64,000 bases of DNA from Melioribacter sp. (lineage in GTDB: Bacteria > Bacteroidota > Ignavibacteria > Ignavibacteriales > Melioribacteraceae), in contig PMDS01000025.1 in NCBI GenBank assembly GCA_003155655.1, positions 354-64,353 of the forward strand, written 5' to 3'. The position numbers were made by a program, and so were the translations under genes. Shown piece after piece: positions 27,667 to 37,196 of the stretch. The notes under the pieces are model-generated. The model was given only the letters and a program-made list of their open reading frames with translations. It was not told where the DNA came from and did no database searches. Position 1 is the stretch's first letter, and the number at the start of each line of letters is the position of its first letter.

Positions 27667-29190
27667 ATGTCAATTGTTCTTGATGGAACAAATCTAACAG
27701 TAGAAAAAGTAGTTGCAATTGCCCGGGGAAATGAAAAAGTGGAGCTGCATCCTCAGGCTCTTGAAAGAATAAAAGTATGCCGCACTATGCTGGAAGATAA
27801 AATTAAAGCTCACGAAATAATGTACGGAGTTAATACCGGAATCGGTGAGTTTTCCGAAGTTGTTTTGAATGATGAACAGGTAAAAGATTTTCAAAGGTAT
27901 CTTATATATAACCACGCTGCCGGAATTGGCGACCCTGCCCCAATTGAATATGTACGCGGGGCAATGGCTGGAAGAATTAATGTTCATGCACACGGTATGT
28001 CGGGCATCCGGCCTGAAATTACTCTTACACTAATTGAAATGCTCAATAAAGGAGTTACTCCTTTTGTTTGCCAGAAAGGATCTGTTGGCGCATGTGGAGA
28101 TCTGGCGCCAATGAGTCAAATTGCTTTATTGTTGATGGGAGAAGGAGAAGCATTTTATAAAGGAGAATTAATTCCAGGTAAAGATGCATTTGAAAAAGCA
28201 GGAATTAAAATTCCCGGGCTGCAGGCAAGAGATGGACTAGGAACAATCAATGGTTCTAATCTTCTTACGGCAATGAGCGCCATTCATATTTATGATATGA
28301 ACAGGTGGCTGAAGCAGGCAGAGATTGCATGCGCAATGACGCTTGAAGCTCTGTTTGCTAATTTAAAACCTTATGATTCACGCCTTCATGAAGTGCGCGG
28401 ATTTAAAGGTGCAGTTAGAAGCACAAAAGCAATCATGAAGTGCATTATGGGAAGCGACCTTCAAACCGGAAAACTTAAAACAAAAGTCCAGGATGCATAT
28501 TCAATGCGCTCATCGCCCCAGGTAATTGGTTCAGCACATGATGTAGTGGCTTATGCAAAGAGCCAGGTTGAAATAGAATTAAATGGAGTCGGTGATAATC
28601 CTATTTTTATGCCTGAGTTTAACCTAACGCTTACGGGTGCAAACTTTCAGGGTTCACCTGTTTCTCTTCCAATGGATATGGTGGGAGCGGCAATTACAAT
28701 GGTGAGTGTCTTATCCGAAAGAAGATTGAACAGGCTGCTGAATTCTGCATTGAGCGTTGGACTGCCTGAATTCCTTACAAAGGGCGCCGGTATGTTTTCA
28801 GGATTGATGCTGAGCCAGTACACTGCCGATACATTAATTGTTGAGCAAAGAATTTTATCCATGCCTGCATCAGTTCAATCAATTCCCGCAGCAGCAGACC
28901 AGGAAGACTTTGTTTCAATGGGAATGAATACCGCAATAAAGAACGGACAAATATTAGACAACGCTTATGGAATTTTGGGAATTGAATTTATAGCGGCAGC
29001 ACAGGCGCTTGATTTTAGAAATTTTACAAATGGCAAAGGCGTTACTAAAGCAAGAGAAATTGTAAGAAAATATGTTGAACATCTTGACGTTGACCGCCCT
29101 TTATATCCCGATCACACAAAAATGAAACAGGTTGTTAAAAGCAGCGAAATTTTAGAGGAAGTAGAAAAAGCAGTCGGTTCTTTAGAATAA
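27667..29190 (+). CDS. hutH: Histidine ammonia-lyase family (MIO-dependent aromatic amino acid ammonia-lyase) with an A-C-G MIO motif
   Basis: 507 aa with the HAL/PAL fold. The GSVGACGDLAPMS motif has Ala-Cys-Gly in place of the canonical Ala-Ser-Gly. A strong SD (GGAGGT) precedes the ATG. Confidence 0.8.
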   Translation: MSIVLDGTNLTVEKVVAIARGNEKVELHPQALERIKVCRTMLEDKIKAHEIMYGVNTGIGEFSEVVLNDEQVKDFQRYLIYNHAAGIGDPAPIEYVRGAMAGRINVHAHGMSGIRPEITLTLIEMLNKGVTPFVCQKGSVGACGDLAPMSQIALLLMGEGEAFYKGELIPGKDAFEKAGIKIPGLQARDGLGTINGSNLLTAMSAIHIYDMNRWLKQAEIACAMTLEALFANLKPYDSRLHEVRGFKGAVRSTKAIMKCIMGSDLQTGKLKTKVQDAYSMRSSPQVIGSAHDVVAYAKSQVEIELNGVGDNPIFMPEFNLTLTGANFQGSPVSLPMDMVGAAITMVSVLSERRLNRLLNSALSVGLPEFLTKGAGMFSGLMLSQYTADTLIVEQRILSMPASVQSIPAAADQEDFVSMGMNTAIKNGQILDNAYGILGIEFIAAAQALDFRNFTNGKGVTKAREIVRKYVEHLDVDRPLYPDHTKMKQVVKSSEILEEVEKAVGSLE

Positions 29191-29217
29191 ATTGACGCTG
29201 GTTTTTGAATTATGAAT

Positions 29218-29245
29218 TGGGCTTGACAGATCAAGCCCTTTTCAA
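29218..29245 (+). terminator. Intrinsic terminator after the HAL gene
   Basis: Hairpin GGGCTTGA-cag-ATCAAGCCC with an 8 bp stem, followed by TTTTCAATT. Confidence 0.65.
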
Positions 29246-29313
29246 TTGAATTAAGAATGAAGCAATTTGCAATTATATTCTTTTTATTTACGTTTATAAT
29301 TTGAGGAGAAAGA

Positions 29314-29553
29314 GTGAAGACAATTACTGCAACAAAAGCACGTCTAAATTTTTATAAGCTGATAGATGAAATAGCAAAAACCAATCGCCCAATTCAAATT
29401 ACCAGCAAGCGTACTAACGCAGTCTTAATTTCGGAAAATGACTGGGGTGCAATTCAAGAAACTCTTTATCTTTTGTCAATTCCTGGTATGAGAGAGTCAA
29501 TTGTAAATGGTATGAAAACACCAATTGAAAAGTGTTCATCGGGAATTAAATAG
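29314..29553 (+). CDS. Phd/YefM family type II antitoxin (apparently orphan)
   Basis: 79 aa. ITATKARLNFYKLIDEI...PIQITSKRTNAVLISENDWGAIQETLYL matches the YefM/Phd fold and motif. No intact YoeB/RelE-type toxin gene follows. Confidence 0.75.
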   Translation: MKTITATKARLNFYKLIDEIAKTNRPIQITSKRTNAVLISENDWGAIQETLYLLSIPGMRESIVNGMKTPIEKCSSGIK

Positions 29554-29637
29554 TAAAGTGGAAGCTTGTTTATACAAAGCAAGTACAGCAAGATCCCAAA
29601 AAATAACCGCGGCTTAGCCTAGTATCAATCTCCTTTT

Positions 29638-30054
29638 TTATTTGCTCAACTCAAAAAAACTCCACAAAGAAGCGCTCTGTTTTGAAAGTTCGTCCTTAAC
29701 ATTAAAAATTACTTTATAAGTCCCAGGTTTATAGCTTGAATCCAGCTTTAATTGTGTGCTGACTTCTATTTCAGAAATTTTTTCGTCTGCTGTCTTGTCA
29801 ACTGTTCCGGAGTCAATTCCCGTCAAATACTTATCGTCAACAGTAACCAGGTCAATTGTATAAGAAAGTTTGGCAGAGAATTTTTTGTCGTTTTCGTTTT
29901 GCTCAAAACCTTTTGCGCGTACAGTGCCGTTCATTTCCCAGCCTTTATCCATTGAATACGCAAAAGATTCCGCGCTGAAAAGCTCAAATTTTTCCTGCTT
30001 CTTTGAACAGGCAACAACTAATAGCAAAAGAGCAATTAAAAAAAGTTTTTTCAT
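29638..30054 (-). CDS. Hypothetical lipoprotein
   Basis: 138 aa with a signal peptide and lipobox (VVACSKK). Confidence 0.5.
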   Translation of the reverse strand: MKKLFLIALLLLVVACSKKQEKFELFSAESFAYSMDKGWEMNGTVRAKGFEQNENDKKFSAKLSYTIDLVTVDDKYLTGIDSGTVDKTADEKISEIEVSTQLKLDSSYKPGTYKVIFNVKDELSKQSASLWSFFELSK

Positions 30055-30074
30055 TTGGTTACCCTAACAAAAAT

Positions 30075-32657
30075 TTAAGCATTAATTATATTTTCAACTG
30101 AAGCTAATGCCTCATCAATTTTTGAAACATCTTTCCCGCCGGCTGTTGCAAGATGCGGGCGCCCGCCCCCGCTGCCGCCGACTATTTTTGCAACTTCTTT
30201 AACAATATTCCCGGCTAGAATTTTTTTCTCTTTTATTAAATCATCCGATACAACTGAAACAATGCCAACTTTACCGTCGATCTCTGAAATCATAACACCG
30301 ATTCCGCTTTTCATTTTTTCGCGCAGTTCATCACCCATTGATTTCAATTCATCCATGTTTGAGGCAGAAACCCGGCCTTTAAATACTTTTATACCCTTAA
30401 CTTCAACCCATGAAGAAACTATAGCGTCAATTCCGCCGAGCTTCTCTTTTAATTTTAATTCAGCCAATTCCTTCTCTAATTTTCTCTTCTCGTCATTTAG
30501 TTCCCCAATTCTCAATTCTCCATTCTCAATTCTCAATTGTATTTCTTTAATGTACTTTTCAACACCCGCGCCGGTAACAGCTTCAATTCTTCTTATTCCG
30601 CTGGCAACGGAAGACTCACTTAAAATTTTGAACAAGCCGATTTGAGAACTGTTTTTTACATGGGTGCCGCCGCAGAATTCCATTGTGAAATCGCCGAACT
30701 GAACTACATTTACTTTGTCTCCGTACTTATCGCCAAAGAACATTAGCGCGCCCATTTTCTTAGCTTCATCAAAGGGTGTATCCTTATGATGATTAAGGGG
30801 CAAATTCTCCCTGATCTTTTCATTCACTAAAAACTCTATTGCTTCAAGTTCTGTTTCGCTCACCTTCTGGAAATGTGTAAAGTCAAAACGCAGGTAGTCC
30901 GGGCCAACATAAGAACCGGACTGCTGAACGTGCTGACCAAGAATTTGCCGCATTGCTTTATGCAAAAAGTGGGTTGCAGAATGGTTGCGCATAATATTCC
31001 ATCGGCGTGCTGAATCAACTTCAACAAGAACTTTCATTCCGGCAATTAGTTCTATACCGGATTCATTTTCAACTACATGAATAATTTGTGCACCTACTTT
31101 TGCAACTTCAACAACACGCAAATGTGTATCGTCCAAAAACAGGTTCCCTTTATCGCCAACCTGTCCGCCGGATTCTACGTAAAAAGGTGTGCGATCTAGA
31201 ATAACCAGAACTTTATTGTTATCATTCCGAACATCAATAATTGTGGCATCTGACCGCAGCTCATCATAACCAGTAAATATCGTTGGCTTTATTATTTGAT
31301 CTACTGTTGTGATACTATAACTTAAATTCAAATTGAAGGTTTTTGAAATTTTAGTCGCTGTTGATTTACGCGCGCGCTCTTTCTGCTCATTCATCAATTC
31401 ATTAAATCTTTTTTCATCGATAGAAAATTCCTGCTCGCGTGCCATTACTGCTGTAAGATCAACAGGAAATCCAAAAGTATCATATAACTTAAATACATCA
31501 TCCCCTGGAATAACTTTTTCATTTTTAACATTTAGTTTTTTAATAAGTGCGTCAAATAATTCAATTCCCCTATCAAGAGTTGCGTTAAAACTTTCCTCTT
31601 CGGCTTTGATAATCTTTTCAATGTTCGACTGGTTTGATTTTATCTCCGGAAACACATGACTGAAATTTTCAACAACAACATGCACCAGTTTATTTAGAAA
31701 AGGTTCTTTCAAATTAATTTTTCTTCCATAACGTGCCGCACGGCGCAATAATCTTCTTAGGACATAACCGCGTCCTTCGTTGCCCGGAGTGGCGCCGTCA
31801 GCAATTGCAAATGTCAATGTGCGTATATGGTCTGCAATTACACGCATGGAAATCATATCGTCTTCATTTTGGTAACTTATGCCTGAAAGCTTTTCAACTG
31901 CATTTATAAGAGGCATAAAAACATCTGTATCATAATTTGATTTTTTCTTTTGCAGAACTGCACATACACGCTCAAAACCCATTCCGGTATCAACGTGTTT
32001 AGAGGGAAGATCATGCAGTTTTCCTTCAGAATCCCGGTTGTATTGTATAAAAACAAGATTCCATATTTCAATACATAACGGAGAGCCGGCATTTACAAGG
32101 CTTCCATTTTCTAAATCATCGCTTAAATTAATATGAATTTCAGAACATGGACCACAGGGACCGGTTTCTCCCATTTCCCAAAAATTATCTTTTTCATCAA
32201 ACTTTAAAATATGCTTGGGATTTATATCAGTTTCGCTACTCCAAAATTTCAAAGCCTCATCATCAGTTCTATAAACGGTTGCCCACAATCTTTCTTTGGG
32301 AAGTTTCCAAACTTCCGTTAACAATTCCCACGCCCACTTAATTGCTTCTTTTTTATAATAATCTCCGAAAGACCAGTTGCCAAGCATTTCAAAGAAAGTG
32401 TGGTGGTACGTGTCATGTCCAACTTCTTCAAGATCGTTATGCTTACCCGAAACTCTTATACATTTTTGCGTATCTGTTGCACGTTTGTATTCCCGGGAAC
32501 CGGTTCCAAGAAAAACATCCTTGAATTGATTCATCCCTGCGTTTGCAAAAAGTAATGTTGGGTCTCCGTGCGGAACTACCGGTGCGCTGGGAACTATTCT
32601 ATGTCCCTTGCTTTTGAAAAAATCTAAAAACTGCTGACGTATTTCATTTGAAGTCAT
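30075..32657 (-). CDS. alaS: Alanine--tRNA ligase
   Basis: 860 aa with the class II aaRS catalytic core, the editing domain HxxxH/CxxxH motifs (HSATHFLH, CGGTH) and a C-terminal DHHA1-like region. Confidence 0.95.
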   Translation of the reverse strand: MTSNEIRQQFLDFFKSKGHRIVPSAPVVPHGDPTLLFANAGMNQFKDVFLGTGSREYKRATDTQKCIRVSGKHNDLEEVGHDTYHHTFFEMLGNWSFGDYYKKEAIKWAWELLTEVWKLPKERLWATVYRTDDEALKFWSSETDINPKHILKFDEKDNFWEMGETGPCGPCSEIHINLSDDLENGSLVNAGSPLCIEIWNLVFIQYNRDSEGKLHDLPSKHVDTGMGFERVCAVLQKKKSNYDTDVFMPLINAVEKLSGISYQNEDDMISMRVIADHIRTLTFAIADGATPGNEGRGYVLRRLLRRAARYGRKINLKEPFLNKLVHVVVENFSHVFPEIKSNQSNIEKIIKAEEESFNATLDRGIELFDALIKKLNVKNEKVIPGDDVFKLYDTFGFPVDLTAVMAREQEFSIDEKRFNELMNEQKERARKSTATKISKTFNLNLSYSITTVDQIIKPTIFTGYDELRSDATIIDVRNDNNKVLVILDRTPFYVESGGQVGDKGNLFLDDTHLRVVEVAKVGAQIIHVVENESGIELIAGMKVLVEVDSARRWNIMRNHSATHFLHKAMRQILGQHVQQSGSYVGPDYLRFDFTHFQKVSETELEAIEFLVNEKIRENLPLNHHKDTPFDEAKKMGALMFFGDKYGDKVNVVQFGDFTMEFCGGTHVKNSSQIGLFKILSESSVASGIRRIEAVTGAGVEKYIKEIQLRIENGELRIGELNDEKRKLEKELAELKLKEKLGGIDAIVSSWVEVKGIKVFKGRVSASNMDELKSMGDELREKMKSGIGVMISEIDGKVGIVSVVSDDLIKEKKILAGNIVKEVAKIVGGSGGGRPHLATAGGKDVSKIDEALASVENIINA

Positions 32658-32874
32658 AATCTTTTTTATTGTTTTTAATAATCAAATATAATAAAAATTG
32701 TTTTTCTCTCTGCGGGCTTTAATGATTGTATTTGTTAGTTATTAAGCATAATCAGGCAGAATATTACCGGAAACGAAGAATAATTTAAGTAAACGGCAAT
32801 TCAATCTATTCATTAATTGCAATTTTGTCTCAGTAGTTATACTTTTGATTGCTTAATACTGAGTTTACTGGTAA

Positions 32875-33456
32875 ATGTTAACCAAGTTTAAAGGATTATC
32901 CGATTTAGAATTAATGCACGAGATTTCCCAGTTTGAATCCCGCGCCCTTGAAGAATTGTATGACCGTTATTCATCTCTTCTATACACAATAATCAAGAAG
33001 ATTTCTCCCGACCAGGCAACAGCAGAACAAATTCTGATTGAAGTATTTGTAATGGTTTGGCGAAAAGCTGATAAATTCAATTTTAGCATCGGCAACATTT
33101 ACGCCTGGCTTGTTACACTTGCGCGCAACAGAGCCGTAGATGCTCTTAGAAGAGAACGTGAATCAAACAATACAATACAATTTTACGATGATGATTATGA
33201 AGACTATTTTATACTTCCAACCTTCCCTAAGGATATGGATAATTTAGATTTTAACACAGCCTTTACTATCAAACCTAAAATAGAAAAGTCTCTTTCAAAA
33301 CTGACTGACACGCAGAAATACGTTTTGCATCTTGCTTATTATGAAGGATATACAATTGATGAGATTGCGGATAAGTTAAATGTTCCAATTGAAACAGTAC
33401 GTTCTAAGGTTATGACCGCACTTCAGAGTTTAAGAGATTATTTGGTGAAGCAATGA
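32875..33456 (+). CDS. ECF-type RNA polymerase sigma-70 family factor
   Basis: 193 aa with region 2 (ELYDRYSSLLYTI...) and region 4 helix-turn-helix. It overlaps the downstream anti-sigma gene by 4 bp. Confidence 0.85.
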   Translation: MLTKFKGLSDLELMHEISQFESRALEELYDRYSSLLYTIIKKISPDQATAEQILIEVFVMVWRKADKFNFSIGNIYAWLVTLARNRAVDALRRERESNNTIQFYDDDYEDYFILPTFPKDMDNLDFNTAFTIKPKIEKSLSKLTDTQKYVLHLAYYEGYTIDEIADKLNVPIETVRSKVMTALQSLRDYLVKQ

Positions 33457-34619
33457 GCAAGACTGAAGATCAAGCAATTCATGAAATGATAGCTGCTTTT
33501 GCAATTGGCTGTATGGATAAAGCCAATTACATGCAGTTTAAGGATTATCTTTCCGAGGGCAGCGAACTGCCCAAAGGTGAATTAGGAGAACTTCAAAATA
33601 TTATATCAATGATTCCAATTATACTTGATCTGGAAGTTCCGAATACTACAATCAAGGATAAAGTTGCAAAAAGATTGATTGGAATGAAGGAAGAAATAAA
33701 AACCAAGATTTTTGAAGATAAAAAAAGGTCTACCCGGCCATTAGCAAAAACAGCCTGGATAGACCCGCCTTCAGCGCAACCATCAGTATCGTTTTCAGGT
33801 CAGCCCAAAAAAGAGGATTTCACATTTGGCGGTAAAAAAGCTCCGACCGGAACATCAGCGTTTCAGTTCGGAGATGATCAAGTTCCTTCAATATTTGAAA
33901 AGGACGGACAAAAAAAGGCTGAACAACCATTACAGCAAAAAGAGTCCGACTCAATACCCAAAAGGATGGAGCAAATACCTGAACCTGAGTCATCAAAGTC
34001 ATTGTTCCAATCAAAACGTGCAGAACAGGAAAAACCTGTTCAGCAGGAAAAAGTTTCTTCCGGCGCTGTTGGCTGGATCGCAATTCTTATAACAATCATT
34101 CTTTTTTCAATTATAGGCTATTATACTTTTTCAACTACAGAATCTCTGCGTAGGCAGGTTGAAGATCTTAAAAGTGATGTTACAGTTTTGAGAACTCAGC
34201 AGGCAACGGCAAATAATTTTATTGCCAATTACACGTCATTAATAGAATTCTTTTACTACAAAGACATAGTTGTTTATAACCTTGTTAGTTCGGAAGTAAA
34301 TGAAAAAGCATCTGCACAATTACTTATTTCTTTTAACGAGAAAGAAGGATTAATTCAATTTAAAAATGCAAAGATGCTGCCCCCGGACCAAAGCTTTCAG
34401 GTTTGGGCTGTAAGTAAGGGGCAGGCTTATTCAATTGGTTCATACCAGCCGATGGGTAGTGAATACATTAAAATTACTTCATTCCCGTTCTTACCAAAAG
34501 AAAAGATAGATTCATTTAAGGTTACACTTGAACAAAAAGATGGTGCTCAATTCCCTTCGGCAAAAATTTATCTTACTTATTCACAAGCCGGAAATCCTCT
34601 GCACGGCAAAGCACGCTGA
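33453..34619 (+). CDS. Putative anti-sigma factor (single TM, RskA-like C-terminal domain)
   Basis: 388 aa, translationally coupled to the ECF sigma gene, with a central TM helix and a low-complexity linker. Confidence 0.6.
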   Translation: MSKTEDQAIHEMIAAFAIGCMDKANYMQFKDYLSEGSELPKGELGELQNIISMIPIILDLEVPNTTIKDKVAKRLIGMKEEIKTKIFEDKKRSTRPLAKTAWIDPPSAQPSVSFSGQPKKEDFTFGGKKAPTGTSAFQFGDDQVPSIFEKDGQKKAEQPLQQKESDSIPKRMEQIPEPESSKSLFQSKRAEQEKPVQQEKVSSGAVGWIAILITIILFSIIGYYTFSTTESLRRQVEDLKSDVTVLRTQQATANNFIANYTSLIEFFYYKDIVVYNLVSSEVNEKASAQLLISFNEKEGLIQFKNAKMLPPDQSFQVWAVSKGQAYSIGSYQPMGSEYIKITSFPFLPKEKIDSFKVTLEQKDGAQFPSAKIYLTYSQAGNPLHGKAR

Positions 34620-34621
34620 TC

Positions 34622-35125
34622 TTATTTTTTCCTGTTTAAAAATATGCTGATTCCCAGTACAAGTAATAAAACAGGCCAAAAAACATCAAATATATTTCCA
34701 ACTTTGTTTACAAGATTGAATAATCCAATGTTTTTTAAAAATATTATTGAAACAATGCTTAATAAGAACATTATAATTGAGGGAGCCAGCAATATTTTCT
34801 CTTTTGGATTTTCAATAAATAAAATAAACATTACAGCGCCGGTAATAAAAAGGATAGATGAGAATATAGTGCCTCTTGTATCGGTTATCTTGTAATAAGA
34901 TTTGACTAAGAATATTACACCCGCCAGGAATAAAATAGTTGCAAAAACTAAACTGGCTCTGTCCCCGCTTCCCAGAGAAATATAAACTGTTATTACCGAG
35001 TACAGGATAAAAGCAATTGCGATTATAATTTCAACATCTACCGAAATAATTCCCAAATAATTTAGAAATGAAAATACGCCCATTAAGCAAAAGCAGGATC
35101 CCAGTACTAATTTTTTTCTATTCAA
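34622..35125 (-). CDS. Hypothetical integral membrane protein
   Basis: 167 aa with 4-5 TM helices. It overlaps the PspC-domain gene by 8 bp, so the two are likely an operon. Confidence 0.5.
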   Translation of the reverse strand: MNRKKLVLGSCFCLMGVFSFLNYLGIISVDVEIIIAIAFILYSVITVYISLGSGDRASLVFATILFLAGVIFLVKSYYKITDTRGTIFSSILFITGAVMFILFIENPKEKILLAPSIIMFLLSIVSIIFLKNIGLFNLVNKVGNIFDVFWPVLLLVLGISIFLNRKK

Positions 35126-35816
35126 GATTATTTCCCGCTTCAGAAGAAGTTAATAAAACAATTAAAATATATAACAATGAAAAAGCGCCAAGTGTAAGCA
35201 GAGTCATAAGAATAAAAATTATTCTTAATGAAGAAGAATCTATGTCAAGGTATTTTCCAAGTCCTCCGCAAACGCCCATTAACCGTCGGTCATTTTTTGA
35301 ACGGAAGAGTTTTTCCGCGCGGTTTTTAGGATTTTCTGACGCTCCATAATTTTTATTTATCAAAATAATAACACCCAAAAAGAAAACTGCAACTGGAAAT
35401 AAAAAACTGTTAGGGAGAAGAAATATTCTTACGGAACTGCTTAGTCCAAATGCAATCAGTGCATAATGAAACCCAACCAGGAGTAAAATTCCGCTCAACA
35501 CTACTCTAAAATTTTCTTTACGTTGTGCAGTTAATTGCTTATCCGATAGAACCGGTGGTGACGTCTCGATTGACATTAAAGAGGCTGTAATCAGGTAGGC
35601 AATTATACTCCATCCGCCCAGTAATAAGGTAAACAGGGCTATAAGCCGCAGGTTTCCAACGTCGGCATTAAAATAATCTGCAATACCGGAACAAACGCCA
35701 GCCAGCACTACATTATTTCTTGAGCGCTGAAATCTTTTAAATTTTGGCAACTGCTGTGCGGAATCCATCTTATCAAAAAGATTCTCTTGTTGCTCCGGTA
35801 TTTGTTCATTTTCCAT
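35118..35816 (-). CDS. PspC-domain protein (two PspC domains)
   Basis: 232 aa with two copies of the PspC signature (GVCSGIADYF...LRLIALF and GVCGGLGKYL...LRIIFIL). Confidence 0.75.
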   Translation of the reverse strand: MENEQIPEQQENLFDKMDSAQQLPKFKRFQRSRNNVVLAGVCSGIADYFNADVGNLRLIALFTLLLGGWSIIAYLITASLMSIETSPPVLSDKQLTAQRKENFRVVLSGILLLVGFHYALIAFGLSSSVRIFLLPNSFLFPVAVFFLGVIILINKNYGASENPKNRAEKLFRSKNDRRLMGVCGGLGKYLDIDSSSLRIIFILMTLLTLGAFSLLYILIVLLTSSEAGNNLE

Positions 35817-36200
35817 AAAAATTCTTTTTATTTAGAAAATCCTAAAATTTATTGCCAGTGATTGTTAAGAACATTTAATCTTAACCTTTACAAGCCAACA
35901 CAATAACCCTGGTGAAAGTTCTTTCATCTGTTTTCAATATACTACGGTAATCATTTAGAATAGAAAGTTATTTATGATGATAACTATATCCAAGAATAAA
36001 ATGCAATTCTCGATTTTTACTGATAATAAGTCTGATTAAACTATAATTAAGAAATGAAGAAAAATTTAGTAATTAAGGCGTAAAATTAGGATATTATCAA
36101 AAAAAAATATTAAATTCATTTAAGATTTTGATTACGCCTCGTTTGCGTCAATTCTTTAGTGATCTCAAGAAATTGAACGAAATATTTAGGAGATAAAATT

Positions 36201-37169
36201 ATGTTGATAGCTATAGCCATATTCGCACTCATTATTGTAATAGCGCTCGTGTTTGAATATCGTTTTAGAAAGCCGGACGAACTGGTGCTGTATGAATCTA
36301 ATAATAAAATTATACAGCGTAAGTCACGTTTTTACCCAAGGCATTTTAGTCTTGCGCTTCAAAACACTACTCATTCATTCCAGCTTAACGTGGATGCTGC
36401 TGCAAAAGGCAATCTTGATATCAAGATAAAACTTTCTGTAACCGTTGCTGCCGCTATAGGTAATATTCCGGCATTAATTCGCGTTGGAGGATGGAACAGC
36501 AATGCTGTTATTGGATCTGCAAAAGAATTGGAAATTATTATTCAGAGCATAATAAAAGAATTTGCTGAGAAGTACGAAATTGAGGAATTATCATCCGAAA
36601 AGATTTACAATTATCTGCGCCCTAAAATTGATGTAAGCAAAGAAAAACTTGGCCTTGAAGTTATTTCTCTTACTGTACAATCTTTCGAGGCTCTGGATCC
36701 TAAAATATCTGAAGCAATGCGCCAGCAGGAATCAGCTAGGATATTGGAACAGACGGAATTGCTTAATCAAAAAGCAAGAATAGCTGCGTTTAAAACAAAA
36801 CTGAAAGCAGACGAAGAAATTGCAATAATGGAAAACGAACTTGAATTAAAAAAATATGAGCTTAAGAAAACAGAACTTGAAAAAGAAGCTGCATTAGCAC
36901 AGAAAAGAGTTGAAGATGAAATAAAGAGAAAAAAGATTCAGCTTGCATTTGATAAAGAGGAATTGGAGCTGCTAAAGAATAGTCCGGAATTATTAATGCT
37001 GACTCCACAGGCAGCCCGACTTGCAGAGGCGAGCCAATCTTTGAAAAATGCAAAGACTGTGGTTTCTCTTTCGCCAAATGAAGTTTCCCAGGGGATAGAC
37101 CTTGTGGGTATGTTCCAAAAATTTTTACAGAATGCAATGAACGTTTCTTCAAAAAAGAGTAAAGACTAA
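36201..37169 (+). CDS. SPFH/band-7-like membrane protein with a C-terminal coiled coil
   Basis: 322 aa with an N-terminal TM helix, an SPFH-like core and a long Glu/Lys/Ala-rich coiled-coil. It lies 27 bp upstream of the giant ORF. Confidence 0.55.
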   Translation: MLIAIAIFALIIVIALVFEYRFRKPDELVLYESNNKIIQRKSRFYPRHFSLALQNTTHSFQLNVDAAAKGNLDIKIKLSVTVAAAIGNIPALIRVGGWNSNAVIGSAKELEIIIQSIIKEFAEKYEIEELSSEKIYNYLRPKIDVSKEKLGLEVISLTVQSFEALDPKISEAMRQQESARILEQTELLNQKARIAAFKTKLKADEEIAIMENELELKKYELKKTELEKEAALAQKRVEDEIKRKKIQLAFDKEELELLKNSPELLMLTPQAARLAEASQSLKNAKTVVSLSPNEVSQGIDLVGMFQKFLQNAMNVSSKKSKD

Positions 37170-37196
37170 TAAATTATTGAGGGCGCAGTTTAGAAA

